A stretch of 64,000 nucleotides of DNA from assembly GCA_964016885.1 (NCBI GenBank), contig OZ024741.1, positions 170,624,001 through 170,688,000 of the forward strand, read 5' to 3'. The notes under the pieces were generated by a model. The model was not told where the DNA came from, did no database searches, and saw only the letters and a list, made by a program, of their open reading frames with translations. The DNA is from Eledone cirrhosa (Eukaryota). How positions within the stretch are numbered: the stretch's first letter is position 1; every line of letters starts with the position of its first letter. A program made the translations under genes and the position numbers. Positions 34,018-48,300 of the stretch are shown here, piece by piece.

Positions 34018-36065
34018 CTGTATTTTTAATCGTTGGTCAATCAACGATAAACATTGATTGCCAGATAAATTAACTATGGAGATATAAAAGATACAGAAGC
34101 GAAAACCAATCCAAAGCAGACAGGGAGTGTGTTATATTATTATTTCTGGCAATATTACAACAATATGACCGTCCCTAAATATAACAATATATATATATAT
34201 AATTTCTCGGTAAATTTCATTTGCGGCTAATTTCTAACACTATCATCTTCTTATTGAAAAGTTTGTATTGCGCTCTATAAAACTGACGCTACAGCCATCA
34301 TATACACAAGATCTTAATAAATTCAAATACGCTCATACCAGATTTGTGGTTTTCCCATGCATTTCGGAAATTAATTTTATTTGTAATATTTTCATTTAGA
34401 TATAATAGAGACCTTATATTTTCTAATAATTCAAATTACCACATTTTCCCCTTATCACAATATATATACGAACACCTCTAGCATTTAGCTTTTAAAATAC
34501 AATGACAATTTTTGTTTAATATTCCCTCCAATGTGTTGTGCTAACACATGATATCCCAGCATTGCAGCTTCAGCATTTTAATGAAGTAAAACCAAGAGAG
34601 TATCATGATGAATTTTACATATGTTTAGCATATGCAGGAACAATAGTAATTACCAAACGTTCCCTTTCGATATTTACTTTGATATTTCTTCAGTAACAGG
34701 CATGTATTGGTTAAATCATTCACCCTGTTCAAAAAATCCATGGCTAAGCCTTCCATGAGAAATTTGTTTTAGTAAACATAGGAAATCAAATTTTACTGAC
34801 ATTTTGTATCTCTCAGATCGATATTGTTGAAGCAAATTATATGCAATTTATTCATTTGAATCTGTATGATTTTATCTTTAAAATCTCCTCCATGACTCTT
34901 TTAAATGTCACCATATCTCGTGAGCTATTTTATTTAAACATTTAGAAAACAGTTTATGTAGTTGACAATCGACAAAGAACCTCTACTTGATGTTGGTATC
35001 AAAAACAGGATCGGTAATTTATATTGTGAAACAGAAACGCTAGCGAATTGAGTCTTCGGTTATCATCCTCAAATCTGATGGATTGATGATCAGAGTCTTG
35101 ATAATCTGCTTGGAAACTCCTAAACTATGATATAAAAGAGGAAGATGACATTTAGTTTGTGTCATTACATTAAAAAAACAGCACGACCTCGTGTAGCTTG
35201 GCTATATATGTTGACAGCATTTAGATTGTCTAGCATAGATAAAACGTTAAGGGAAAAAATTGCGTATTTTATCTTTGCTATTGTTGAATGTGCAACTGAT
35301 ATTTATGATGAAATGTTTCTAATAAGAAACAACAGAGATTTAACACTTTCCTTTGATGAATACATAAAATGTAATCCGGCCTCTGACATCGTAATCTTCT
35401 CCTAAACAATGAAACAACCCCGGGATGCTGATGATTTGAACGTAGATATGTACAGCAATCTTTGATAATAAGTTATCCTAGCCCATATGACCAGTATATT
35501 TTTAAATTATAGCATTGGGTCAACTTTAAATCAAATGTATTATACTTGAATTCCCGAGTAAGAAATCGGGCCTTTTCTTTTAATCAGGATCTGACTCAAA
35601 GATGCTAACTACATTATGTTCCAATATAATTTGATATACAGCAAGGGATATCATCAGTGAGATGTGGAGACGTATTGCAGATTAATAGATCGGCAGAATA
35701 TAGTAAAAACGAGTATCATAATGTAAATTAGGAATAGAATCCATGCATCAGTTTGTTATTCGTATCTTTCTATTGTGGGAATTAAATTAACTTAGGGGCC
35801 ATGAAAAGTGGAACGTTTCAATTCGTCTGAGAGTGAAGAAGATCGTGCTAGAGAGAAATTGAAAGAGGGAGAAAGAAAGAAAGAAAGAAAGATAGAGAGA
35901 GGGGGAAGAAAGCGTGTGGAGACAAAGAATAGGAAGGAAATTAAAGTGAATGATTGATGTCAGAATAAGCACTGGCAGAGACAAAGAGAAATTTTCAAAG
36001 AGCACACACATACACACACGCGCGCTCGCGCGAAAATACACCCACATACGCACACAGACACATAT

Positions 36066-36102
<37 letters not shown>

Positions 36103-36989
36103 CATATATAGTTAAAGACTGAAATATAAATATTAGATATATGATCAACAGATTCGTAAATAAATTCGGCAAGGCATTTTCCCGACACTTTAATGAACCT
36201 GCCAATAGCCCCGCCCCATATATAATTTCTTATAAGTATATAAAAGGTAAACAGAAATAATAAAAATAACAAAACAAACAGCACAGTTCATGGAATAAAT
36301 ATATTAGTTTAACGCTTGAAATAGCAGGAACAGTGTCTTAATATTTCGGACGTTAGTCCTTCATCAGAAGAAAGAATGCGAAATTAAAGAAGAATTCGAA
36401 AGATTGAGCAGACGAGCAGGGCGGAAACGAAAAAAAAAATGCTTAGAGAAAAATAAGACGTCCATTAATGTTGACATCTCTGGGAAGTTGATGCTGACGT
36501 TTTGTGCATGATATACTTTTTTTTCGAAAAGTTGATGATGGAACGCGTCTATCTGAAAGGCAAATAGTAGGAAATTTGGAGGGACAGAACAGTTGATTCT
36601 ATCGACACAACTACTTGAGTGATATTTCAATGATCAACCCTATAAGGATAAAATAGACTCTGGCCTAAATTGAACTCGCAAAGTAAATGTAAGTAAATGC
36701 CATAATGCATTTCTCAGAGACTTTAACGATTTCATTACTACACAACCCAAAATATATTTACTACAACTGATGAACGAATGAGCGTGACACTGGGTGTTCT
36801 CTCGACCCGAGTCAAGTTTCCTTCTAACCGTGTCCTACATCCTTAAATGAAACGAACTCATTTGACAATGTAGTCAAACCAAGTTGTATGTTTGAATAGG
36901 TGAGGGAGCTATCATTGGAGCATCTTTAATCAGAGATCACTTCGATGTGACTTACATATAAAAAATGAACACCTCAACACCAATAATGG

Positions 36990-37160
36990 TTTCTTATATA
37001 GGCACAATGCCAAACTGGTACTTTATTTTATCGACCCCGTAAGGATGAAAGGCAAAGTTAATTTCGGTGGGATTTGAACTCAGATCATAAAGGGCCGTAA
37101 CTCTATGCTTCGTAGCATGACGTCGGACCTTCTACCGATGCTGCCAATCCACCGCCCTCC
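36990..37160 (-). mobile_element. SINE copy
   Basis: Reverse complement of the SINE consensus. Confidence 0.85.
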
Positions 37161-37579
37161 TCAAGGCCAGTAATAATAAATGTTTCTAACATAGAACCAA
37201 TATCTTCTTCTTCTTCTTCTTCTTCTTCTTCCAAATAGTGCTTGCATCAAAATATGTGTTGGTCTGTGTAATTTTAACAAGGGGTGTGGAACCCTACATT
37301 ATTTAACGAGGACAGTGGGACGCTACATTATTTAACAAGGGCTGGCAGTATCGGTAAAGGGTCGGACGCCATGCTTTGACGCATAGAGTTACGGCCCTTG
37401 TCTTACTGTGAAGGATGCATGTTTTCCTGCCAAGTTATTTTTTCTTCTGTGATGTATAATTACTAAACATAAAATATAAACAATATAAACAAAGACGATA
37501 AACCTAAGTATTTACACTAAAGCATATTTAAGAAATATAGCTACACAAGATATAAGCACAGTAATAAAAGGGCACTTAA

Positions 37580-38300
37580 ATTCAAACAAGAGCCGGCCGA
37601 TCTAAAACTGGCAACATCAGTAATTTGTAAAAGTGACAAGTATATAATCTTTGTAAGTATAGATAAAGAAGAAAACTTCCCAAACATTAACAATCTACTC
37701 AATGATAATCATGTATTTACAACAATTCAAAAAGTTTTGATAATGGCATTCATATATTTATAACAATTTAAAAGATCTTAATAAATTAATCGCTGCTTCA
37801 AATACAGAAAGTGGAGTAGAATCCACTGTACCTCTTAAAATTTAAGAGGCATGTTTATGGAACAGTAAAAATATACAAACAGAATAACTTCCACAATACT
37901 ATAAAGTTTCAAATAAATGCTCCAATATCAACCTATATAAAATAAACAATTACTCAATATTATCAAACTTTATACACTGGAGAGTTAAAACACACATTCA
38001 TCTGGGGATTGGCACCATCATCACCTTTGATGTAGAAAGTCCGCTTACTAATGTCTAAGTGATAGAAACAATATAATCTATATTAAACAAAATACATAAA
38101 TACACCAGACAGTAATAAAAATATAACGCTAGATATATAATTTAACATACTTGGGAAATTATTAGCGTCTTCTACAGCAGAAGTACACTGCCATTGCTCA
38201 CAAACGAGGTTATGCAAGCACTAAAATCGACTAGTTATGGGCTCTCCAAAAGAAAACATGTTTGCAGCGTCTCCATGGCTACAATTAAAAAACAAAATGA
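37580..38300 (+). pseudogene. Highly decayed Penelope-type reverse transcriptase
   Basis: Manual translation gives KSDK (about 37630), HVYGTVKIYKQNN (about 37850), TFDVESPLTNV..IET (about 38025) and VMGSP (about 38235), in PLE RT order. Confidence 0.65.
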
Positions 38301-38638
38301 TAACAAGTCATAATAAATACTCAATCCACACCAGGTATGATGATGGTATGCTTTGATAATGAACACAGTGGAGGATGCGAAGAGATTAAACCAAATCTAG
38401 AAAATAACTGTCATAAACCTCAATATCAAAGAGTCTGAGAAAATAACTTCATTTCGGAAATATAAACAGTCAGTTAAAAATAAAACGCATAGATTTTGTC
38501 CGACTACACTAAATATAGTAACTAAAGACAGTAACTAAAGACACTAAAGACTGTGCTTATGTTTGGAGATGGTATAGTAAATATCTAAACATAGTGTCAA
38601 AAGTATGTATTGAAATCTTCACAATAATCAAAATCGGC

Positions 38639-38710
<72 letters not shown>

Positions 38711-38782
38711 GAGAGAGAGGGGGAGAGTAATATAACGATAAATTGAATGCAGTATATATATCAGACATATTTATTAAAAATT

Positions 38783-38975
38783 TGTGGCGGTGGATTGGCA
38801 GTATCGGTAGAGGGTCGGACGGCATGCTTTGACGCATAGAGTTACGGCCCTTGCCATTCTGAGTTCAAATCCCGCCGAGGTTAACTTTGACTTTCATCCT
38901 TACGGGGTCGATAAAATAAAGTACCAGTAATACACTGGCTAATTGCTGGCCTTGTGCCAAAATTAGAAACAATTA
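38783..38975 (+). mobile_element. SINE copy, well preserved
   Basis: TGGCAGTATCGG A box, GAGTTCAAATCC B box, core and tail. Confidence 0.9.
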
Positions 38976-39800
38976 TATTTATTAAAAATAAGCAAACCAC
39001 GCATAAAATGTATTACATAAAGCAAATGTATACTAGCTTTATTATAGATTGAACAAATCTCAGACAATTTATTGCACCTGAACCAAAACAGAAATAATAG
39101 CTAATCACTGGATTCTTGCATTCCTAACAACAATAGAATTACTATAATACAATTCCGAAGCATATTACTAAAATTAATAACAATGTCGTGTCTGAGAAAA
39201 TTACAGGCAAGTGCCATATCACCCGCAAAGGAAGCTCAAAGCATATAAATGTACTCCTGAATAGTATTTTAGTCGAGCTTTTTATTGTTGAACATTTTTT
39301 GGCTGCTATTTCTAGCTATTCACATATCTATCCACGTCACATGGACAAAAATGAGAAGCGGTAGTATTTTTCAAAACTCAATGCGCCTTTCGGCTAATCC
39401 GTAGATTTGTTTTAGAGGTGTAACTGCATATTGTTTGTTCTCTCTCGCTGATGTTCCTAATTAACAATTGAACTTAACAATTTCAAAGGTGGAACATGTT
39501 TCTCAAGCTATTAATACGAGAGAGTATAATAGTTATTTAATGTCCGGTATGTTTCAATTTGATATTTCTTTTAAATTTCACTATACTGCTCATTGGTAAT
39601 TATATGTTCTTACATTCTTTACAAATTATCTCTTGTTTTAATGTTTGATATATTTCTAAATATGTCATTTGCATTTGAATTTATATTAAGAGCTCGGAAT
39701 TCTTTCTTTAAGCTTCCTTTGCAGGTGATATGGTGCGTGTTTGTAATTTTCTCAGACACGACATCTTTATTAATTTTAGTAATATATATATATATATATA

Positions 39801-39990
39801 TGGGAAGATGTTTAACCCCGACGGCAGAGCTCAAGCCGTTTCGACGGCTATTTCTGGAGTCCAGAAATAGCCGTCGAAACGGCTTGAGCTCTGCCGTCAG
39901 GGTTAAACATTTTCCTATTACCCACTCTACTGCCCTAAGTATTGAGTACTCTGTGGCGTTATGGTCTATCTGGCTCCTTACCTTCGTTAT
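39801..39990 (+). mobile_element. Short element with a 113-bp palindrome (39803-39915); second copy at 51692-51890 (-)
   Basis: Near-perfect dyad centred at 39859, a shared unique arm, flanked by TA repeats. Confidence 0.85.
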
Positions 39991-40137
39991 AAATATATCT
40001 ATATATATGTAGATAAATCTACCAAAAATATACGGTAGTGTCCAATCCGTATGAAGAACTCAATGTAATCCAAATATCATGAAAAGAGATGTATTCAAAA
40101 AATTGTTTCGATGAAAATCACAGGAAAACAGAGTCAA

Positions 40138-40231
40138 GATAAATTAATAAAAACAATGAATAACAACAAAGAAACAGTTCCTTAGGAACTGTTTCTTTTG
40201 TTTTTATTCATTGTTTTTATTAATTTATATC
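40138..40231. repeat. AT-rich palindrome
   Basis: ATAAATTAATAAAAACAATGAATAA..GAAACAGTTCC pairs with GGAACTGTTTC..TTATTCATTGTTTTTATTAATTTAT. Confidence 0.8.
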
Positions 40232-40258
40232 TATCTCTCTCTATATATATATGTATAT

Positions 40259-40310
40259 GTGTGTGTGTGTGTGTATGTGTGTGTGTGTGTGTGTATGTGT
40301 GTGTGTGTGT

Positions 40311-40386
<76 letters not shown>
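40259..40386. repeat. (GT)n microsatellite
   Basis: Seen directly. Confidence 0.95.
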
Positions 40387-40387
<1 letters not shown>

Positions 40388-40586
40388 TGCCTGCAGTGTG
40401 TGTGTGTGCGTACGTGTGTATTGTGCATATATATATATAAGCAGAAGGGATATTCAATTTGTTGGTAATTCAACAAATATGAATGTTTATAACTAATTCA
40501 GAGCACTCAACAGATTATCCAAGGATAACTTAAACCGTTAAGGTATATTCTCCTTGGTTATGTCAAAATTTATAAAGCACACTTCG

Positions 40587-40647
40587 TATTTTATCTGATG
40601 ATAGCGTACCAAAATGTTGGTACCCTTGAAATATACATAATAAAATA
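40587..40647 (+). ncRNA. Type I hammerhead motif
   Basis: UAUUUUAU CUGAUGA UAGCGUACCAA-AAUG-UUGGUACCCUU GAAA UAUACA UA AUAAAAUA. Confidence 0.75.
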
Positions 40648-40691
40648 AATATGGTTTTATAAATATATTATAGTTTCCATTTATTTAATAT

Positions 40692-40723
<32 letters not shown>

Positions 40724-40931
40724 TCATATATATATATATATATAACATACATACACACATATATATATATATATATATGCATATGTGTAAGTGTGTATTT
40801 GTGTGCGTGGTTGTGTGTATGTTGTCGTGTATGTATTGGTTTCGCCCTCTCTCTCTCTCTTCTCTCAATGTGTTTATTAATATATATGTGTGTGTGTGTA
40901 TGTGTGTGTGCGTGTGTGTGTATGTGTGTAT

Positions 40932-40971
<40 letters not shown>

Positions 40972-41359
40972 GTGACCGTATGTCTGGGTGTATGTCTGTT
41001 TGTGCGAGTGTGTACTGAAATGTATATTCGTTGGCCGAAAGAAAAAAGCAACGTTATACAAAATCAAAACGTAGCTAGACATCATACACATGATAGATGA
41101 AGTGACGATATTTAACTGAATGGAAATGAATGTTTAGTATATTAATGGCGTCTATGAATGCTGTTTAACTTGACGCCATTCATACAAATTTTAGCCTGTT
41201 CTTTAACCTTTCCTGTTCAGACTACATTTACTATACAAGTCTCTTATTTATCACGGGATGATTATCGAATCAGCAAAGAATTATGCCAAATACGCTTGTA
41301 CCACTTTATAAAAAAATATGCTCTCACACACAGTCGTATACGCTTGTCGACACAGACAG

Positions 41360-41401
<42 letters not shown>

Positions 41402-41408
41402 ACACACA

Positions 41409-41447
<39 letters not shown>

Positions 41448-41472
41448 TCATACACACACAGATACATATATG

Positions 41473-41548
<76 letters not shown>

Positions 41549-41582
41549 AACATATGTACTTGTCTATACCATACTAATTCAA

Positions 41583-41637
41583 ACTGCCTGAAGAGGTCAC
41601 AGCCAAAGATGGCTGTCACTGAAATATATATAGCAGT
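41583..41637 (+). ncRNA. Type I hammerhead motif
   Basis: ACUGC CUGAAGA GGUCACAGCCA-AAGA-UGGCUGUCACU GAAA UAUAUA UA GCAGU. Confidence 0.8.
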
Positions 41638-43321
41638 AATAAACGAAGCTAAATTTTAATCATTTGACTTTTATTTAACTTTATTTTACACTACTCCGGA
41701 GTAACCAAACCAACCTGCGCACTACGTCGAGTGCTCCAGCTGCATACTGAGGTGTGGTATACAACCAACATAAACTCAAAATCTCTCTCTCTCTCTCTAT
41801 ATATACATATATATATACATAAATATATATATACATATATATATATATATATTGTATGTGTGCGTTTGTATGTGTGTAAATGTGTGTATGTGCGTGCATA
41901 TGGTGAGGAAGCAGGGAATCTCTCTCTCCCCCCTCTCTTAGCTCCTTCGTCACCGTCTCTCTCCTTATGAATATGTTTATATGTTTATGTTTGTGTTATT
42001 ATATATGTGTTCGTGTGGAGTAAACTGTTATTTTTTCTTCTCTATGGGTGGCATCTATTCAGTATGAAGCTTCTGCTTCAATGTGTTTATTTACGCTAGC
42101 TAAGTATATTTAGTAATGGAGATCTAGGAAAGTACCTCAGCAATTTCAGTAATATCATCATCACCATCATGACTATCGCCAACAGCAACCACATCGTGAT
42201 TATGTTTATCATCGTCATGATCAATGGAAGCAACAACTTAATCGTATCCACACGATCATCATCATTATTGTCACCAACACAACTAACATCATCATCATCA
42301 TCATCCTAATTATCATAATCTACATACACACTGTCACCACATCAATCATCCTATACCACCATCAACAACAACACCAACGACTACACCAACACCGTAACTT
42401 CCACCACTAACAACATCAACATGAACAATAGTACCTCTGCCAACATTATCAGTATCATTGTCATCATCACCACGCATTCACAATAAAGGACCTTTACCGC
42501 GTTCGCTTGACTGAACATCCAAATCTCTATAAAATCACAGCAAGATATTAGAGAGATTTAAAGATGTAAATAATTTGGGGGAATAAATCTTCCGTCACCG
42601 TAAACTAGATTTTGAAGAATATATTGCTACAGAAACAATGGATCGTTTGCTAAACGTTCCTTACAGCCGGACTGAAGAACAGTGATAATAGGTTTAGTGC
42701 ATCAGGCCTGACCTTGAAGTAAACAGCACGAATGACATCAACAATACTATCAGCAATAGCAACAGCAAAACGAGAATAGCAGTAATAACGATTTCTACTA
42801 TAGACACAAGGCCAGCAATATTTAAAGGATGGCTGTAATCTAAACTATAATAAAGTAAGGAGCGCGGGACTACGTCCAGAATATAATTTTGTATCCTGTT
42901 TGTAAAATAAGTTGGATTACTTTGAATAAATAATGAATGATTATTACAGAATTTATCTACTAAATTTCGTAACACATGATTAAACATATATTAAAAATAT
43001 TGTTGCATAATTCAAGATTCACTTCTTTTAAAAGATCCAAATTTCAATACTTCCTGTATGTCTCAACGTTTAAATATATATATAAATTGTAATACATAAC
43101 TCATCTCTATTAAACCTATCGATAATTCATTGGATTCCTTCATATGATTGCTTGTAACTATCTTGAGGGGATTTTTTTCTTGAGGAGATTTTCTTGATGG
43201 ATGCACTGAAAAATTTGAAGAGTGGTTTTTTCTGAAAATTCCTATGAAGGAATTCATAATTCATAATTTAAATTATCATTAATATTTCATATTTTATATT
43301 GAATATATTGTTATATATGCT

Positions 43322-43486
<165 letters not shown>

Positions 43487-44034
43487 GGTGTGTATATGTA
43501 TATATCAGGGTGTTTATATATATATATATGAAATTTATACTTCAAATATATTCTACAGATGTACTCTTGTGAAATATTTTTTTATGGTTTATGCTTTGGA
43601 TATATTCCAATGAATGAATTGTTTGAATTTTTTAAATGTTAACACGTTATAGAAAAAAATTTAGATTTTAACAGTGATAACTGTATGACAGGTTGAGTTA
43701 TGATTTTATAACTTGATATAAAATAACATAAAATTCATGCTCTAATTACACTATTAAGATGGATAATTAAAATTTGTTAACATCTTAACTTTATAACATT
43801 TAACTTTATAACATTTAATCCTTAGAGCTATCTTAATAATTATTATTGGATCGCTAGCAATTTCCTTTACGCTCTACTGCTATTACATATAAGGGATTAT
43901 ACTTCGGTAAACTTTCAGAAATTCCATGAGCTTAGAAATATTCGAATATTTTATACTTAAACAATTTTTTAAATAATTAATTAATTAATTGATTAATAAT
44001 AATAAAATTATATTTGCTTTTTTAATAATAACAT

Positions 44035-44815
44035 ATTTTTAATAATATATATTCTTTAATAATAATATATAGGTCTCAACTTTAATAATATAACATTTAA
44101 ACATTTAAACTTCGGATTGAATTGAATTATTAATTAAACATTTAATCAAATTTATTAATTAAACATTAGATAAATTCTTCAACTTAGCTTTATCCATGTT
44201 TATTAGTATATGTTATTGGTTGTTATTAGTATTCATCCGCGCTATATTTTTTCTTCGCATCTTCCCTCAAAATTACGCTATTCTCTCTCACTAAAATATA
44301 CTCAGGTTTCTCTCTTTCTTTCTTTCGTTTTTTTCCCTATTCCGACGGCTTAATTTAAATATACTGTTTTTAATAATATATATTATCTAATAATAATATA
44401 ATATAACATACACATTTAAACATTTAAACTACGGATTGAATTGTTAAATTATTAATTAAACATTTAATAAAAATTATTTATTAAACATTATTAATTAAAC
44501 ATTACATAAATTCTTCAACTTAACTTTATTATTGTTTTTATCCACCTTTTTATTAGTATCTGTTATTAGTTGGTATTCATCCACACTATATATTTGTTAT
44601 TAGTATCTGTTATTGGTTATTATTATTGTTTATCCATCTTACGGTATTCATCCACTCTATATTTATATTCTTCGTCTCTTCTCTCAAAATTACGCTATTC
44701 TATCACTAAAATATACTCAGGTGTCTCTCTTTATTTCTTTCTTTCTTTCCTTCATTTTTTCTCTTTCTTTTCTTTTTTTCCCTATTCCAATGGCTTAATT
44801 TAAATATACTGTTTT
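44035..44815. repeat. Imperfect tandem duplication (about 44035-44370 and 44370-44815)
   Basis: Repeated ACATTTAAACATTTAAACT.CGGATTGAATTG, AAATTACGCTATTC, CACTAAAATATACTCAGG, GGCTTAATTTAAATATACTG. Confidence 0.8.
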
Positions 44816-44930
44816 AAACCTTTCCAACACTAATTTGCATAATAAACTCCACTCTCCAGGAGATTCCAACCAGAATGGTTGCATTTTTTAAGGGTATGTC
44901 AATATTTATTTATAAAACTAACCTATATTA

Positions 44931-44996
44931 TATTTCATCTGATGAAAGCGCACCATAGTTTTCTCTGGTGGCCCTTGAAATATGTATAATGAAATA
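44931..44996 (+). ncRNA. Type I hammerhead motif
   Basis: UAUUUCAU CUGAUGA AAGCGCACCA..UGGUGGCCCUU GAAA UAUGUA UA AUGAAAUA. Confidence 0.75.
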
Positions 44997-45123
44997 AATA
45001 TGGTTTTATAAATATAATTTCCATTTGTTAATATATTGTATATTTACTCAAATAATTTGTTGAGTGCTTCATATCAGTTATAAAAATATTTAGCTTGTAT
45101 CCCAATAAATTAAATATAACCTC

Positions 45124-45156
<33 letters not shown>

Positions 45157-45299
45157 TGTTTTCATACGCATTTCGATGCTACCACTATTCTTATGACTAC
45201 CCCATACTACGCTCTCTCTACATATCTGGAATAGTATACGATCATAAATTTATTATATTACGTCTCTCATTTATTTCAAAGATTTCTTTTCTACATGTC

Positions 45300-45329
<30 letters not shown>

Positions 45330-45377
<48 letters not shown>

Positions 45378-48300
45378 TATATATTTATATTTATTTTCTT
45401 TGTTTTAACATATAATTATTTCTAAGATTTCACCGTACAGATTACATATATTTATACATACATGACAGACAAGTGAATATGGCACGCAGAAAACATTTCT
45501 CATCTAAATCCCAACGCATGGCAGCAGACGCACAGCGACAAAAAGAAAAGAGAGCAAATCAATCAAACAATAATCGCTCTAAAACATTCCAACAAATTTC
45601 TACAAATGTAATTCAGGTCAATTGAATGTCTGGCAAAGAATCCTACATATGAACCTTTCCAAGAACAAACTGTTCTATCCATAATGCCACAACATAATGC
45701 AGGGAATCTCTTTGCCTCTGTTTGTCCGCACTGCAAAGCTTTTCGCTGGCCGCATGAACCCAAATCTCTGTGCTGCTTCCAGGGAAAAGTGAAACACCCT
45801 CAACATCCTCCTCCCCCACCAAATACTTGAGTGATATCGAAATATTTCGATATCACTCAAGCAGGAAATTCTTTTCTCTATAAGATACGTGCATATAACA
45901 ATGTGTTTGCCTTAGCTTCAATTGGTTGCAAAGAGATTAAAGCACCAGGATTTAGTCCCAGATTTAAGATAAAAGGTAAGATTTGTCATATTATTGGATC
46001 ACTACTTCCAAGTGATGCTTCACCCAAATTTGCGCAGCTTTACTTCTATGATACAGATCATGAGATTCAGAATCGCTTGCATCATGCTAATTCAGATGCT
46101 GCTGCAAGAAGACTTGCACTACCGCAACACCTATGTAAGAAGCTTCAAGGTATTCATTGAAATGCCAGGTTCTGAAAATGTGAATATTGTCTTACATGCT
46201 AACAAAGTAAAACCCACTGATTTTCATTGTCGCACATATAATCTTCCCATGGCATCTGAGATTGCTGTTATTCAACCTGTTACAGCATTAGGTCTTTTGG
46301 ATGTCATCATTCATAAAAGAGATGGTGGTCTTCAGAGGATTCATCGGTTGCACCGTTCTTATGATCCTCTGCATTATGTGCTACTGTTTTCTTGGGGGAA
46401 TGATGCGTTTCAGGTTGGTTTGAAAAGGATTTACAACAACCACACACTCACACCCACTGATTTCTACTGCTATCGGTTTCAGGTTAGACAAGATAACTGT
46501 AACATTATCATGAAGAGCAGGCGGCTAATGCAGCACTATGCTGTAGATGCCCAGGCAAAAATAGAACATTGTCGCCTCAAATGGGCCCACAACAATCAAA
46601 CCATGACATGAGCTGAAAAGTATGAGGCTTTGTATGATGCTGTGGCTGAAGGAGAATCAGTAAATGCAGACCGGAGAATTATGTTCTTCCTCCTACTATC
46701 TATGGTTCCCCTCGCTTCTACAGTGAGTGCTTTCAGATTTCGATGACTGTGGTTCGTCACATGGCAAAGCCATCTTATTTCATCACAGTAACAACTAACC
46801 CTAACAGGGTTAGTTGTTACTGGGATGAAATAAAAAATAGTTTGCAGATTGGTGAGGAATCTAGAGACCGTCCTGATATTTGTGCAAGAGTCATCAAGAT
46901 CAAGTATGACAGCCTCATGGATGACATACTGAAAATAATGTCCTAGGAAAAGGTTGTGGATCATTCTGCTACAATAGAGTGGCAGAAACAAGGCCTCACT
47001 GATGCTCATATTCTGCTGATAATGGCTGAAAATAGCAAACCCAAAACTGCTGATGCCATTGATCAGGTAGTGAACTGTGAGATTCCTGATAAAGAGATCA
47101 ATCCATTTCTGCATAAGATCATCACATCCTGCAACATTCATGGCCCATGTGGACAAGCTAATATGATGTGCTCATGTATGGAAGGGCTAGAACAACAACG
47201 CCATTGCTGAAAATGTTATCCCAAGTCATTCAGACAAACCCCATTTGTTGCCGAAAATTCCTTTCCAGAGTATAGAAGAAGGGATAGACAGCATGGTGGT
47301 CACACCCATACAATCCAACTTAAAGGTCAATAATTTACTGTTGATAATCGTTGGACTGTTCCATAGAAGCCCTTTCCGCACATTGAAATATCATTGCCAC
47401 ATCAATTGTGAGGTTGTCCACAGTGTCAAGGCTGTTAAGTACTTATATAAGTACATCACAAAAGGATCAGACAAGATAACTTTCACTATTTAAGATGATC
47501 AATGAAATTGTGTCCATGCCCAAAATTAGATTTTGGCCTATATTAATGCACGGTACATCTCAGTAAGTGAAGCATTCTGGAGAATCTATAAATTTCCATT
47601 ACATATCGAAAACCGCCAGTTGAAAAGTTGCTTTGCCATTTACCTGGGGAACAAATGGTCGTGTATGAGCGAGGGCAGAAAGACAACTGTTGTTTCTAGG
47701 GGACAGCCAATGACTAAGTTGACGGAATATTTTCAACTGAATATTAGAGATCCACTGGCACAAAATATATTGTATTTTGATATTCCTAAATATTTCACTT
47801 GGACAAACAAAAAGTGCCAAAGAAGAAAAAAGGGACATCTGGATGGTGATCAACAATTTATGAGTGAATCTCTTGGACGCATTCCAACAGTATCTCTCAG
47901 TAGACATCAATCTGAATTATATTACTTCAGAATGATCCTACATCACAAGAATGGGTCAACTTCATACAAAGATTTGAGGACAATTGAAGGAGTTGAATTT
48001 CCAACATTAAAATAAGCATGCAGGAAACTTGGTCTGTTTGATGAAGATGGAGAAAAAGACAAAGCTATGGAAGAGGCCTCATCCATTACGCTTGGTCCTC
48101 AGCTGCGAGAGATCTTCTTCACCATTTTATTGTACTCCATGCCAAATGACCCTCTGCAGTTCTGGGAGAAATGGAAGAATTGTCTTGCAAAGGATATCAT
48201 GCATGAACGTCATGAGCAAGTCATGTTTGTGCAAACCATGCAGATTGTTCTACAGAAGATCCAACAAAGACTTCAACATGATGGCTTGGACATTCATGCC

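Noticed and set aside
34200-35780. Non-repetitive stretch with an 86-aa ORF (35145-35405) as a possible host exon or transposase relic
   Set aside because: No recognisable motif or supportable splice structure; needs BLASTX
38783-38880. A and B boxes as a tRNA gene
   Set aside because: No cloverleaf; it is the head of a multi-copy SINE
40182-41970. ORFs rich in CV, HT or YI (also near 43300, 57800, 58600 and 61300)
   Set aside because: Translations of dinucleotide microsatellites, not genes
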